A stretch of 63,239 nucleotides of DNA, the filler included, from Chiloscyllium plagiosum (lineage: Eukaryota): assembly GCF_004010195.1 (NCBI RefSeq). It is 3 parts of one record of this genome, joined end to end, with 100 filler letters (N's around TTAATTAATTAA, not from the genome) between each part and the next. Parts side by side here need not be neighbours in the genome. Positions count along the whole stretch, not along the records: positions 1 to 17,976 come from NC_057710.1; 2 more parts are not named here. One strand, given 5' to 3'. A model generated the notes under the pieces. It was not told the origin of the DNA and made no database searches. It saw only the letters and a program-made list of their open reading frames with translations. A program made the position numbers and the translations under genes. Of this stretch, positions 1 to 12,500 are shown piece after piece. The first letter of the stretch is position 1, and each line of letters opens with the position of its first letter.

Positions 1-614
1 CCTTTCTCTTGGACAGACTTAAAACAACAATGAACTTATCTGATTCTGTGCTGTGAACTTCGCCCAAACCGGTTCCTCCAAGATTAGTTGTGAATTTCAC
101 TGTTTGTTAATTTTCCCAGACACACTCCGATGTCCAGTGATACACGAATTCAAACAGCAAAGGCAGTAACTGTGCAGGTTTTTTCTCTCTCTCTCTCTCT
201 CCTGCACTGTCCTCACCATGTGCTTCCTTTGTCTGCCCTTCTCCCTTTTAAACTGCTGTTGTTTTGACTTTTTTTCCCAAAGTTCCAAAACAATGCAACA
301 GCATATAAAAGAGATGGTCAAATTTTTACTATTATTTTTGTTGTTATTAAGCAAGGGGGCCAAGGGGCATAGAAAGCCACAGATCTTATTGAATGGTGAA
401 TCTAGCTGGAGATGCTGAATGGTCTACTCCCATTTCTATGTTCCTAACAGGAGAGGGCTGAGAGATCTCATTCATCCTGCTGCTGAAGAAACTATTGGTT
501 ACAAACTGACTTTTGCAGACAATTCTTCGAGCACAAGAACTAAAGGTCAGATGTGTATCATCGACAATTTGAAAATTCATATCAGAAACCCAGACAAACA
601 TATCTGCAAGTTAG

Positions 615-824
615 GAGAAAGTGAGGACTGCAGATGCTGGAGATCAGAGCTTAAAAACGTGCTGCTGGAAAAGCGCAGCAAATCAGGTAGCATCAAAGGA
701 ACAGGAGAATCGACATTTCAGGCATAAGCCCTTCTTCAGGAAGAAGGGCTTATGCCCGAAACATTGATCTCCTGTTCCTTTGATGCTGCCTGACCTGCTG
801 CGCTTTTCCAGCAACACATTTTTA
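615..824. mobile_element. Fold-back non-autonomous PLE-derived mini-element (family A) with hammerhead motif
   Basis: Inverted arms centred near 740. The minus arm reads cctgaagaagggcttatgcctgaaatgtc. Flanked by a 15-bp TSD atatctgcaagttag (600-614 / 825-839). The same sequence forms the 3' end of the PLEs at 10347-10768 and 59269-60651. Confidence 0.85.
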
Positions 825-839
825 ATATCTGCAAGTTAG

Positions 840-1168
840 AATCATACAGTGTAGAAACAGGCCATTTACCCCACAACTCGACACTGACCCTCCAAAGAGT
901 AACCATCCCAGGCACATTCTCCTATGTTTACTCCTGACTAATGCACCTAGCCTACATATCCCTGAATACTATGGGCAATTTACCATGGACAATTTGCCTA
1001 AACTGCACATCTTTGGATTGTGAGACGAAATCGGAGCACCCAGAGAAAACCCACGCAGACACAGGAAGAATGTGCAAATGCCACACAGACTGTTGCCCGA
1101 GGCTAGAATTGAACCTGGACCTTAGCATTGTGAGGTAACAGTGCTAACCACTGAGCCACCGTGCTGCC
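840..1168 (-). mobile_element. HE1-like (V-SINE) tRNA-derived SINE
   Basis: Minus strand begins ggcagcacggtggctcagtggttagcactg (A box) and has a ggttcaattc B box. V-domain-like tgcacattcttcc..tgcgtgggtttt core and a CR1-like 3' tail. Confidence 0.85.
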
Positions 1169-2289
1169 AATGTTGTGTTCAACCGATGAGTACGATCTGT
1201 AAGAATGGAACGTGTTTATGAAGGAATAAGAGAACTGATCTTGATGGATTTGCTAAAAACTGTCTCCCTAACAATGTTGAACTGCACTATGAGGAATTAA
1301 AGGTTACCCCAGCTGCTGGGAAAGTCAAAGACTCAGACAAACCCACAGCAAGTATGAGTTAACTAGTCTCAGTCAAGGAGGAGAAAAGATTAAAGGATAT
1401 AGGTCATAAAAGAAAAGAGAAAAACTAGAAAAACAATCCCTAACTTTAAAAGTAAGAATGTAGAAACTAATTGTGGCAAATCAGGCCAAACTGAAGATTA
1501 ATTCCTGGCATCAAAGGAAAGGAACAGGTAATACTGCAACGCGAACTGGATACCGTCTAATCCTTTATGTGTTATTGAGTCCTACAGCACGGAAGCAGAC
1601 CCTTCAGTCCAACTTATCCATGCCAACCAGTTCCCCAACTAAGTAAGTCACATTTGCCTGCACTTGGCCCATATCCCTCTATACCTTTCCTGTTCATGTA
1701 CCTGTCCGAATGTCCCTTAAGTGTTGTAACTGAATGCAAAGGAATAGTTCCTAGTGTTTGAAAGAACTAGGAATAGTTGTTAAGTATTCCCAGTTACTGG
1801 GTGCCTGTGGACACTGCTAGTGGGAAAAATGGAAAATGTCCAATGTGAAATCAAACTGAATTGCAGAGTTAACGGAGAAGGGGTTGGGATAATGTGAGTG
1901 AAAATTGAATGAACATGTTACCAGGCTGGAAATGCTGTGTGTAATCTCAAAGTTTTCTATTCCAAGGGATGTTTCATTGCTCAGAAATGGCCTTTTTAAC
2001 AGCTAACCTTCCCCCGTCCCTCCTCACCCGCAGTCCCACTGCTGCATCCCTCGAGTCCCACCCTGCCTCCAAATCTCACGAACAGTCCAGGGATGTTCAA
2101 CAGACCAATCAGCCTCAGGCAGATGTTGTAAATTCTCACAGCTGAGAAAAGTAAAGAATCCTACCTAACTTCTGCAACTTGAATCATTGATTTATAACAG
2201 TTAGGTCACGCCTGACAAACCTCATTTAAGGTTTTGAAGAGGCAATTAAGGATGTAGACAGGGAAATGTCTATGGATGTTATTTATATT

Positions 2290-2612
2290 CTTTTTTTCAC
2301 TCATGGATATAAGAATCTCCAGGGCAGCATTTGTTGCCTAGAGGGCAGTTAAGAGTCAACCCCATTGCTGTAGGTCGGGAGTCATATAGAGACCAGTGCA
2401 GATAAGGATGACAGATTTCTTTCCCCAAAGGGCAGTAGTGAACCAGATGAAGTTTTTCAACAATGGCCTCATGGTCATCATTAGAGTCTTATTTCCAGAT
2501 TCTTTATTGAATTCAAACTCCACCATCTGCCATGATGGGTTTTGAACCCATGACCTCAAAACATTAGCTGAGTTTCTGGATTAATAATGTAACAATAATA
2601 CCACTAGACCAT
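2290..2612 (-). mobile_element. tRNA-derived SINE with LINE-derived 3' tail (second SINE family)
   Basis: Matches copies at about 9500-9800, 14003-14325, 18602-18900, 32945-33178, 42590-42860 and 45805-46275. Its tail is shared with LINE fragments at 6065-6290 and 26780-27320. Confidence 0.7.
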
Positions 2613-3455
2613 TGTCTCAATTATTGACCTTGTTTATTAACAATGTGGATAATAGCATGGAAAGTCACATATCCAAATCTGCTGATGACACAAAGTTAGG
2701 CAGCATTGTAGACAATGTAAGTAATTGCATAAAATTACAAAGGGATATTGATAAACTAAGTGAGTGGGCAAATCTGTGACAAATGGAATTCAATGTAAAG
2801 TCTGAGGTTATTCATTTTGGGCAGAGAAAGGACAGATCAGGGTACTTTCTAGATAGTATGAAGTTAATTCCAGTGGAAGAGGTGACAAAGAAGATTGATG
2901 AAGGCAGAGCGACAGACATTGTCTATATTGACTTCAGCAAAGCATTCGAAAAGGTTCTGCATGGTAGACTGTTTAGTAAGGTTAGAATTCATGGGATCCA
3001 GCTGGAACTAGCCAATTGGATACAAAATTGGCTTGAAGGTAGGAGACAGTCAGTGATAGTGGAGGGCTATTTTTTGGACTGGAGGTCTGTGACCAGTGGC
3101 ATGCCACAAGGATCAGTGCTGGGTCCACTCTTTTTCATACTTTATCTAAATGATTTGGATGTGAGTTTTAGGAAACAGGGTTAGTAAGTTTGCAGATAAT
3201 ACCAAAATTGGTGGTGGAGTGGACAGTGAAGATTATCTTAGAGTACAACGGGAGCTTGATCAGATGGGCCATTTGGCCAAAGAGTGATAGATGGAGTTTA
3301 ACTTAGATAAATCTGAGGTGTTGCATTTTGGGAAGGCAAACCAGGGCAGGACTTATACAATTAATGGTAGGGCCCTGGGAAACAAAGAAACCTAGGAGTG
3401 CTGGCAGACAGGGTGGTGAAGAAGGTGTTTGGCACACTTGCCTTCATTGGTCAGA

Positions 3456-4273
3456 ACCCCACCCCTCCAACCGTAACAAGGACAGAACGCCCCTGGTGCT
3501 CACCTTCCACCCTGCCAACCTTCGCATAAACCAAATCATCCGCCAACATTTCCGCCACCTCCAAACAGACCCCACCACCAGGGACATATTTCCCTCCCCA
3601 CCCCTTTCCACCTTCCGCAAAGACCGTTCCTTCCGTGACTACCTGGTCAGGTCCATGCCCCCCAACAACACCCTCTCGTCCTGGCATCTTCCCCTGCCAC
3701 CGCAAGAATTGCAAAACCTGCGCCCACACCTCCTCCCTCACCTCCATCCAAGGCCCTAAAGGAGCCTTCCACATCCATCAAGGTTTTACCTGCACATCCA
3801 CCAATATCATTTATTGTATCCGTTGCTCCCGATGCGGTCTCCTCTACATTGGGAAGACTGGACACCTCCTAGCAGAACGCTTTAGGGAACATCTCCGGGA
3901 CACCCGCACCAATCAACCACACCGCCCTGTGGCCCAACATTTCAACTCTACCTCCCACTCTGCCGAGGACATGGAGGTCCTGGGCCTCCTTCACCGCTGC
4001 TCCCTTACCACCTGACGCCTGGAGGAGGAACGCCTCATCTTCCGCCTCAGAACACTTCAACCCCAGGGCATCAATGTGGACTTCAACAGCTTCCTCATTT
4101 CCCCTTCCCCCCTTATCTCTCCACCCTTCAGGCTCTCTGCCTGTATTCCTGATGAAGGGCTTTTGCCCGAAACATCAATTTCGAAGCTCCTTGGATGCTG
4201 CCTGAACTGCTGTGCTCTTCCAGCACCACTAATCCAGAATCTGGTTTCCAGCATCTGCAGTCATTGTTTTTAC
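3456..4273 (+). mobile_element. 5'-truncated Penelope-like element (GIY-YIG endonuclease with CCHH knuckle, Neptune-like)
   Basis: ORF 3635-4015 reads PCHRKNCKTC..NIIYCIRCSRCGLLYIGKTG..RFREH..VAQHFN. 15-bp TSD ccttcattggtcaga (3441-3455 / 4274-4288). Hammerhead motif in the 3' UTR. Confidence 0.9.
4146..4180 (+). ncRNA. Minimal hammerhead ribozyme motif in PLE 3' end (stem III mutated: ACAUC instead of ACGUC)
   Basis: ctgatga-a-gggc-tttt-gccc-gaaa-c-atc at 4149-4176. Confidence 0.6.
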
Positions 4274-6064
4274 CCTTCATTGGTCAGAGCATTGAGCATA
4301 GGAATTAGGACTTAATATTACTGTGGCACAGGGCATTGCAGAGGACACTTTTAGAATACTGCGCAATTCTAGTTTCCTTTCAACAGAAGGGATGTTGTTA
4401 AAGTTGAGAAGGTACAGAAAAGATTTACAAGGTCATTGCTGGGACTGGAGGGTTTGAGCTATAGGGAGAGGCTGAATAGGCTGGGGCTTTTTTTTCCCTG
4501 AAGCCTTTGGAAGATAGGGGTGATCTTATAGAGGTTTATAAAATCATGTTTGTTGAAAACGTTTAATGTTCGTTTGATGAACATTCAGTGAAATTTCTTG
4601 CCATTGAGTGGACCACCCTTATTTAAGTATACCTTTCAAAAGTTATCATGGTGTGAAGCTACTATTATTCTATAGTTGTCAAAGGGTCAGTTAGACTTGA
4701 AACGTCAGCTCTTTCCTCTCCTTACAGATGCTGCCAGACCTGCTGAGATTTTCTAGCATTTTCTCTTTTGGGATCATTAGAGATTAGAGAGAGACAGATT
4801 ATTGAGTTAAACACAACTTTGGGAAGGGGTGAGCTTGAGAAGGCATGGCATTCTTGGTAAATTTAGCTAGTGTGGGAATTGCGCCCACACTGTCAGGGGC
4901 ACTCAGCATTACAAGCCAGCTGACTGAGACATCTGACACCCCAATTTGCTGTATCACCTCTGACAGGTCTAATGTGCACAACTCAGCCAGAAGACGGCCA
5001 GCCCAGGCCCTCAGCAGCACTGTCAAGCTCAGAAATTTGGAATAGCCCCGGATGATAAAATTATTACTCGGTTTTGGAAAATTACAGCATGCAATTAATA
5101 GGAAAGGCACAGAAGTCATCAAGTTCTCAAGGGGCATAAGGCCACTGAAACTTCCTAAAGTGACCATTAACCTATCACCCACTGTTTCTGAACTCTACCA
5201 CTGCTGAGCTGGGGAGTAGGTATAATGTTGCTAAAGTACATGAATGTTCTGAACCAGTTAACAATTAACAGGGTGATAACTCTCTCCACTATACTCTTCG
5301 GTGCTGGGGAATTATTCTATAGTTGTACTGCTTTGTCAATCACGTTCTATCCCAGACTTCCAACCTAAAAAAGTGACAGGGAGAAGTTTAACTCTTGAGC
5401 TGCTGGATGGAGTTATTTTGCACGAGTTGACCAAAGTCACAAAGATTACATGCAAGTACAGCATGTAATCAAAAAGGCTGATTGACTGATGTCCTTTAGT
5501 GCAAGAGGAATGGGTCACAAAAGTAAGGGTGTTTATGCTTCAGTTATGTAGGGCATCAGTGAGACCAGTCTCAAATACAGTATGCAGTTCTGATCTGCTT
5601 ATTTAAGGAATGATGCAAATACATTGGAAACAGTTCATAGGAGCTTTGTTATCTCAATACCTGGAATGAACAGGTTTTCCTTTGAGGAATGGTTGGTCCA
5701 GCTGGGTTTGTTCTACTGGGGTTGAGAAGATTGAGGTGTTCAAGTGTACCAGTGTAGACACGTTGGATCAAATGACCTCCTTCTATACTGTAGAATTCTA
5801 CAGTCTATAGTATTCTTAATGGACTGGACAAGGTGGATTGGAAAGTATGGCTTCCCTTTAAGAGTCACTTCAGGGCTGGAGGGAACTGTCCAAATTAAGG
5901 GCTTTACTTTGGGAGGAGAAATTTTATAATTTTGTGATTGAATATTTTTAAGATGGAGGGGAATTGGTTCTTGTTGGTGGGGGGTGGGTGGAGGATCTCA
6001 AAGGTTACCCAGGTAAATGTCACATGTGCAACTCAAATCATATGCAGACCAAAGGGCAGCAGAT

Positions 6065-6290
6065 ATTTTGGAACATCACCACCTTCAAACTTCCCTCCAC
6101 GCCACTCACAAATCTGACTTGGAAATATATTGCTATTCCTTCACTGTCACTGGAAATTCCCTCCCTAATGGCATGTGGGTCAATCCAGAGCAGTTCATAA
6201 AGGCAGCTCACCCCCACCTTCTCAAGGACAAATAGGGACGGGCAATAAATGCTGGTCAGCCAGCGGTGCCCACAACCCGCAAATAAATAA
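6065..6290 (+). mobile_element. LINE 3' fragment (CR1/L2-like; putative partner of the second SINE family)
   Basis: Ends gggcaataaatgctgg..gcccac..aataaa. Similar to 26780-27320 on the minus strand. Confidence 0.6.
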
Positions 6291-6340
6291 AGAGAAAAGG
6301 ATCAGTTGAATAGTTATTTAATAGTAATCCTCAGTTTTTG

Positions 6341-6436
6341 AAATTCCTGAAGAAGGGCTCATGCCCGAAACGTCGATTCTCCTACTCTTTGGATGCTGCC
6401 TGACCTGCTGCGCTTTTCCAGCAACACATTTTCAGT
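6341..6436 (+). ncRNA. PLE-derived mini-element (family A) with intact hammerhead core
   Basis: ctgaaga-a-gggc-tcat-gccc-gaaa-c-gtc at 6347-6374. Palindromic ACGT stem III. Confidence 0.75.
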
Positions 6437-6499
6437 TCTATTAAACAGCCCCCTGTAAAAAGTCAAGGCCATGGAGAGGTGGCAGGTACATAATCAGAC

Positions 6500-7120
6500 T
6501 CATACAGTCATAGAGATATACAGCACGGAAACAGACCCTTCCATCCAACTCGTTCATCTCCACCAGATATCCGAATTTAATTTAGTCCCATTTGCCAGCA
6601 TTTTGCCCATATCCCTCTAAACCATTCCTAATCATATACCCATCCAGTTGCCTTTTCAATGCTGTAATTGTACCCCACCACCATCACTTCCTCTGGCAGC
6701 TCATTCCACACATGCACCACCCTCTGTGTGCCTCAGGTGTCTTTTATATCTTTCCCCTCTCACCGTAAACCTATGCCGTTTAGTTCCCCACCCAGGGAAA
6801 AGACCTTGTCTGTTTACCCTATCCAGGCACCTCACGATTTTATAAACCTCTATAAGGTCACCCCTCAGCCTCCGATACTCCAAGGAAAACAGCCCCAGCC
6901 TGTTCAGCCTCTCCCTAAACCTCAAATCCTCCAACCCTCGCAAAATCCTTGTAAATCTTTTCTGAACCCTTTCAAGTTGCACAACATAGGAATTGCAGGC
7001 AATATTAAAAAAGTGACCTAACCAATGTCCTGTACAGTTGCAACATGAACTCCCAACTCCTAAACTCAGCGCTCTGGCCAATAAAGGAAAGCATACCAAA
7101 TGCCTTCCTCACTATTCTAT
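6500..7120 (-). mobile_element. CR1-like LINE 3' portion
   Basis: ORF 6701-7099 reads QLERVQKRFTRILRGLEDL..RLRGDLIEVYKI. ctatga tail repeats near 6500. Confidence 0.85.
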
Positions 7121-7440
7121 TGAGGTGATAATCTTTGTTATCAGGAAAGGTCAGAGATTGTTTCAGTCAATTCCACCTCTCTCCTTGTCAGCATTCTGAG
7201 GCTAAGCCAGTCTTTTACAACGTCAGTGTTACATTTAATCCTAAAATAAGCATCTGCACTTATCTCTGTGAAGCATCTATTTCTGCTCCAATAGCATTAC
7301 CTGACTCTGCCTCTGTTTCTGCTCAGGGGGTCAGTTTGCTCGGTTAGTTGGTAAATAATGCCAATACAGTTCAATTCCTTCTCAACGTTCTTTCTCAATC
7401 TCTCCCCTGCCAGAGGCATGGTGACCCACAGGTTAAACCA

Positions 7441-7832
7441 CCCTCATCTCCTCTTTCCAATAAGAGAGAAGATCTGTGGGGATATGACAAATTATTGCTG
7501 GAACTCACATCCATGCCTTCATTACTTTGGAAGCACACTAGCTTTTGGAGCGACGCTCCTTCATCAGGTGGTAGTGGAGGGCTCAATCCTAACACACAGA
7601 ATTTATAGCAAAAATTTACAGTGTGATGTAACTGAACCCTCATCTCCTCTTTCCAATGAGAGAGAAGATCTGTGGGGATATGACAAATTATTGCTGGAAC
7701 TCACATCCATGCCTTCGTTACTTTGGAAGCACACTAGCTTTTGGAGGGACGCTCCTTCATCAGGTGGTAGTGGAGGGCTCAATCCTAACACACAGAATTT
7801 ATAGCAAAAATTTACAGTGTGATGTAACTGAA
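7441..7832 (+). repeat. 196-bp tandem duplication (2 copies)
   Basis: ccctcatctcctctttccaa at 7441 and 7637. The copies differ at only a few positions. Confidence 0.9.
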
Positions 7833-8009
7833 ATTATAAATTGAAAAATTGATTGTCTGTTAAACTACGATCAAGCCCTCCATTATCACCTGATGAAGGA
7901 GCGTCGCTCCGAAAGCTAGTGTGCTTCCAATTAAACCTGTTGGACTATAACCTGGTGTTGTGTGATTTTTAACTTTGTACACCCCAGTCCAACACTAGCA
8001 TCTCCAAAT
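7530..8009. mobile_element. PLE-derived fold-back element (family B) with hammerhead motifs
   Basis: Minus-strand motifs at 7536-7570 and 7732-7766; plus-strand motif at 7887-7921. TSD cttcattactttg (7517-7529 / 8010-8022). Confidence 0.8.
7887..7921 (+). ncRNA. Minimal type-I hammerhead ribozyme (intact core)
   Basis: cac-ctgatga-a-ggagc-gtc-gctcc-gaaa-gc-ta-gtg: stem I cac/gtg, stem II 5 bp, palindromic AGCT stem III, CUA cleavage triplet. Confidence 0.8.
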
Positions 8010-8059
8010 CTTCATTACTTTGAGACTCGACTATCCCAATGCACTGTTGATTAAATAAA

Positions 8060-8192
8060 AATGGAAAGAACTGTGAATGCTGTCAATCAGAAACAGAAAT
8101 AAAGATTGCTGGAAAAGCTCAGCAGGTTCTGGCAGCATCTGTGGAGGGAACCAGAGTTAATGTTTCGGGTTGAGTGACCCTTCCTCAGAACA
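8060..8192 (-). mobile_element. PLE-derived mini-element (family C) with degenerate hammerhead
   Basis: Minus strand reads gtt-ctgagga-a-gggtcactcaaccc-gaaa-catt-aac. Related fragments lie near 4680, 14370-14590, 34098, 35510, 53000 and 53665. Confidence 0.65.
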
Positions 8193-10346
8193 GTCTTACA
8201 CATTCAAACCATCTTGACTTGAGATCATTCAAACTGCTGCTTTGGTCATAGCTCATTGTAAATCTGTCTTCCCTATCAGCCTTGAGCTATAGTGGCTCCT
8301 AGTCAAGCAGCCATTTGATTTTGGTAAAAAGGCATAGAGTTTTTTAATAGCATGGATAAAGGACATTCAACGCATTCTGTCAGCACTAGTTATCAAGTAA
8401 GTATCTATTCTAATTCAATTTTCCAGCACTTGGCCTGTAGCCTTGTATGCTATAGAATTTCAAAATACTTCTCATAAAGTCATAGTGGTCTGCATTTGTC
8501 TTAAGTTTTGATCCTTGTTTTCAGATCCTTCCATGCCCTTGCCACCTCCTTTTCTCTTTAATCTCTGTCAAACCCATGGTTGTCCCAGATCTCTGCACTC
8601 ATCCTATTCTGGCCTTTCATCTATTCCATCCTTCCAATAGTGCGGTGACCAAACTGGGCACAGTATTCTATCTCCAGCCTAACTAATGTTTAATAAAGTT
8701 GTCACACGCCTTCCTTGCTGCAAATGAGTGAAGGTATTCTGTATGCCTTTTTTATGGACTTGTACACCAAGGTCCTGTTGCTCTTCAGTATTCCCCAGGG
8801 ACCTACCATTCATTGTTTATACATTCTTTGTTCTTTTACGTTCCCACTCCTCCCTGACTGGGCCTTGGTCTTTTTGCTGATCGAAGTAGTACTTTGTGTT
8901 AGTTATGTCTTTCCTTTCTATTTGTTCCCTTAGTCACTTTATCCGGATAACAGCTGATTAGAGGGACATACGCTCATAGAAATATGATAATTGGTCTGTC
9001 CCATATTAGTGTCAGTCTTCAGCACAGGTTGAGATAATGAGTTTCCATTTACTTCCACAGGTGACTTCAGCTGGTGCCATTGATTCATTGGACAGGGCTG
9101 GCTACCCACCCTCCCCTGGCATTGCCTCCTACTTTGCTATAGGCATTGGTAAGCACCTCCAACTCCCATCCCATCCTCAGCCTGTCGTGGAGTCACAGAG
9201 GTCTGCAGCACAGAAAGAAGACCTTCAGCCCATTGGACCTGTTCTAGGTTAACCATTATAATCTCACTTTCCAGCAGTTGGATAGTAGTCTTGTGTCATC
9301 TTAAAGCCAGTTAAGTGCCTCATCTCACTCTTGAGAATATTTTACCCACGGTGGGGGCACCCATGCCTAGCAGGTGGTGGTGAGCAATAGCAGAGAGACA
9401 CCTTGTGCTTGTGAGGTGGTAAAAGACTAGCTTAACCTCAGCATGCTGACAAGTAGAGAGGAAACAATCTCTGAACATTCTGCGGATGAGATTGTCACTG
9501 GCATTTATTGCGTAACCTTAATTGCCCAGAGGGCAGTTAAGAATTAACCACATGTGGGTCTGGAGTCACATATAGGCCAGATCAGATAAGGATTGCCATT
9601 TTCTTCCCTAAAGGGGAAGGACATTCATGAAACACAGGTTTTCCTGATAATCAGAAACAGTCATGATTAGAATCTTTGTTCCAGAAGTTTATTGAATTCA
9701 AAATCCACCATCTGCCATGGCAGGATTTGAACCCAGATCCCCAGAACATTACCTGGGTCTCTGGATTAACAGCCCAGCCAAAAGCCACTAAGCCTTCGCC
9801 TTCTGTCATTGAGTAACCCCAATCACTTTCGAGACTTACCTTGAGATAATAACTCTCCCTTTAAATCTCCGCTGCCTAACCACTAACACCCAGCACCACA
9901 TCCCTCTAAACCCATGCCACTCTCAGCCTGGCACTGGTAATGCCCTGGATTTAACACCAGCATCTCTCCATCAGGGCCTGGCCTTCATTTCCAGCAGCAG
10001 CCACCACTCGAACCTGGCGCTGCTGGAATGCCAGTCATTGACTGACAGCCTTTGAGGTGAGATCTCCCCCCGCAACAAGGGGAGAAGAAACTCTTGTCCT
10101 GAGCCGATTCATACTACACTGAGCAATGGATGGCTGTTGGGACCACAAGCCTTTTCATGGTGGGCTCCTGACTGACGCTGTCATCATCGGGGAAGAGGAT
10201 GCTGACTGTGGGTGTAAAACATCTTGTAAATTCCAGCCATTAAAGCCAGTCGGGTTTCCTGCACTGCCTGAAGTCTAGTGTCCGGATGTGATTTGATGGT
10301 ACATTTCAGTTTTTTGGATTATTAGTCAGTTAGAAGATCATGAACT

Positions 10347-10768
10347 GAAAATGTGTTGCTGGAAAAGCGCAGCAGGTCAGGCAGGGATGAACTCAGATTT
10401 CTCCAGTTTCCTCATTTCCCCTCCCTCCACCTTGTCTCAGTCCCAACCCTCGAACTCAGCACCACCTTCCTAACCTGCAATCTTCTTCCCGACCTCTCCG
10501 CCCCTACCCCCACTCCGGCCTATCACCCTCACCTTATCACCCTCACCTTAACCTCCTTCCACCTATCGTATTTCCAATGCCCCTTCCCCAAGTCCCTCCT
10601 CCCTACCTTTTATCTTAGCCTGCTGGACACACTTTCCTCATTCCTGAAGAAGGGCTTATGCCCGAAACGTCGATTCTCCTGCTCCTTGGATGCTGCCTGA
10701 CCTGCTGCACTTTTCCGGCAGCACATTTTCAGCTCTGATCTCCAGCATCTGCATTCCTCACTTTCTCC
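10347..10768 (+). mobile_element. PLE 3' fragment (family A) with short inverted 5' arm and intact hammerhead core
   Basis: 16-bp TSD tagaagatcatgaact (10331-10346 / 10769-10784). ctgaaga-a-gggc-ttat-gccc-gaaa-cgtc at 10644-10671. The inverted arm at about 10347-10384 lacks the 3' tail. Confidence 0.85.
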
Positions 10769-10844
10769 TAGAAGATCATGAACTCCAGTGTCTGCTAGGT
10801 TTTAATCTTGAGTCTGCATTCTAGGCTGATACTCCCAGAATAAA

Positions 10845-11765
10845 GCATAGAAGCTTAAAAAGTAAGAGCAGGAGTAGGCCATTCTGCCCTTCAAACCTCC
10901 TCCGTCATACAATATCATGGCTGAGCAAACAGCCCAGAACTTGCTCAATCTTTCTCCCATCCCTTTAGCCCTAAGAACTAAATCTATCTCCTTCTTGAAA
11001 ACATTCAATGTTTTGGCCTCAACTGCTTCCACAGGCTTGCCCCTCTCTGGGTGAAGAAATTTCTCTTCATTCTAGCCCTAAATGGCCTAGCCCATATCCT
11101 CAGATAGTGATCCTTGGCTCTGGAATTCCTGGCCATTGGGAATATCCTTTCTGCTTTTACCATGCGTGGTCTTGTTAAATTTCTCAAGGTTTCTATGAGA
11201 TTCTCTCCCCCCCCACCACCACCACCACCACCACCAATCATTCTTCTAAATCCAGTGAACATTGTCCTAAGTGAGAGAAAGTGAGGACTGCAGATGCTGG
11301 AGATCTGAGTCGAGAGTGTGGTGCTAGAACGGCACAGCCGGTCAGGCAGCATCCGAGGAGCAGGAAAATCAGGAAAGCTCCGATGAAGGACTCTCACCCG
11401 AAAAGGTGATTCTCCTGCTCCTCGGATGCTGCCTGACCTGCTGTGTTTTTCCAGCACCACACTCTCAACATTGTCCTAACTGATCTCCAGTCTCTCTTCA
11501 TACATCAGTCCTGGCATCACAGGGGTCAGTCAGGTAAACCATTGCTGCAGTCTCTCCATTGCCAGAAAATCCTTCCTCAGAAAAGGAGACCAAAACTGCA
11601 CACACTATTCCAGGCATGGTATCACTAAGGCCCTGTGTATTTGCAGTGAGATATCCCTGCTCCTGTATTAACATCATCTTGCTATGAACGCTGACATACT
11701 AATTACCTTCTTCACCTCCTGCTGTACCTGCTGCTTACTTTCAGTGACTGGTGTACAGGAACAAA
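10845..11765 (-). mobile_element. CR1-like LINE 3' fragment (degenerate)
   Basis: Minus-strand ORF remnants ..ENLIETLRNL..RNFFTQR..AKTLNVFKKEID. Interrupted at 11275-11466. Confidence 0.7.
11275..11466. mobile_element. Fold-back PLE-derived mini-element (family A-related)
   Basis: Inverted arms. TSD aacattgtcctaa (11258-11270 / 11467-11479). Degenerate hammerhead at about 11380-11407. Confidence 0.8.
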
Positions 11766-11904
11766 AGAAAGAATAAAGAACAGCACAGGTAGAGGCCCTT
11801 CTGCGCACCCCATGATGCTCTTCTAATCTAAAAGACTTTTGCCTTTACATGGTCCATATCCCTGCTTCTTTATGTCAAGATGTCTCTTCATAGTTACTAT
11901 TGTA

Positions 11905-12500
11905 TCACAGAAGTGGAACAAGTGGAAAGTGTCAAGCTCCTGGGAGTGGTCATCCACAACAAGCTTTCTTGGATTCTTCATGTGGACGCATTGGTTACAA
12001 AGGCCCAACAACGTCTCATCTTCCTCAGGCGGCTGATTTAAATTTGGCATGACATTGAATACCCTTGCCAACTTTTATAGGTGTGCCATCGAGAGCATTC
12101 TGTCCGGATGTATCACTACCTGGTGTGGCAACTGTACCATTCAAGATCGGAGACGGTTACACAGAGTGGTGAACTCGGCCCAGACAATCACAAAGGCCAA
12201 CCTCCCATCTATGGAATCCATCTACCAGGCCCACTATCAAGGAAAGGTCGCCAGCATTCTCAAAGATCCATCCCACCCTGACAATATTTTTCTACAACCC
12301 CTACCACCAGGAAGAAGGTACAGAAGCCTGAACACGCACCAGCCGGTTTCTGTATCTGTGTTTTTGTTTTTGCTGCTGCTTACCTATTATTTACTTATTT
12401 ATGCTATTTAACTCTGTGATCTGCCTGGATTGCTCACAAGACAAAGCTTTTCACTGTGCCTCGGTACACGTAACAATAAATTCAATTCAATTCAATTCAA
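11905..12500 (+). mobile_element. Rex1/Babar-like LINE 3' fragment
   Basis: VKLLGV..AQQRLIFLRRL..FYRCAIESILSGCITTWCGNC..VVNSAQTIT. (attca)n tail at 12480-12500. Confidence 0.75.

Larger units (their letters stand above)
2630..4548 (+). mobile_element. CR1-like LINE RT fragments (degenerate), interrupted by a PLE
   Basis: ORF 2783-3184 has VYIDFSKAFEKV and [18 protein letters not shown] motifs. The CR1 sequence resumes after 4288. Confidence 0.85.
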
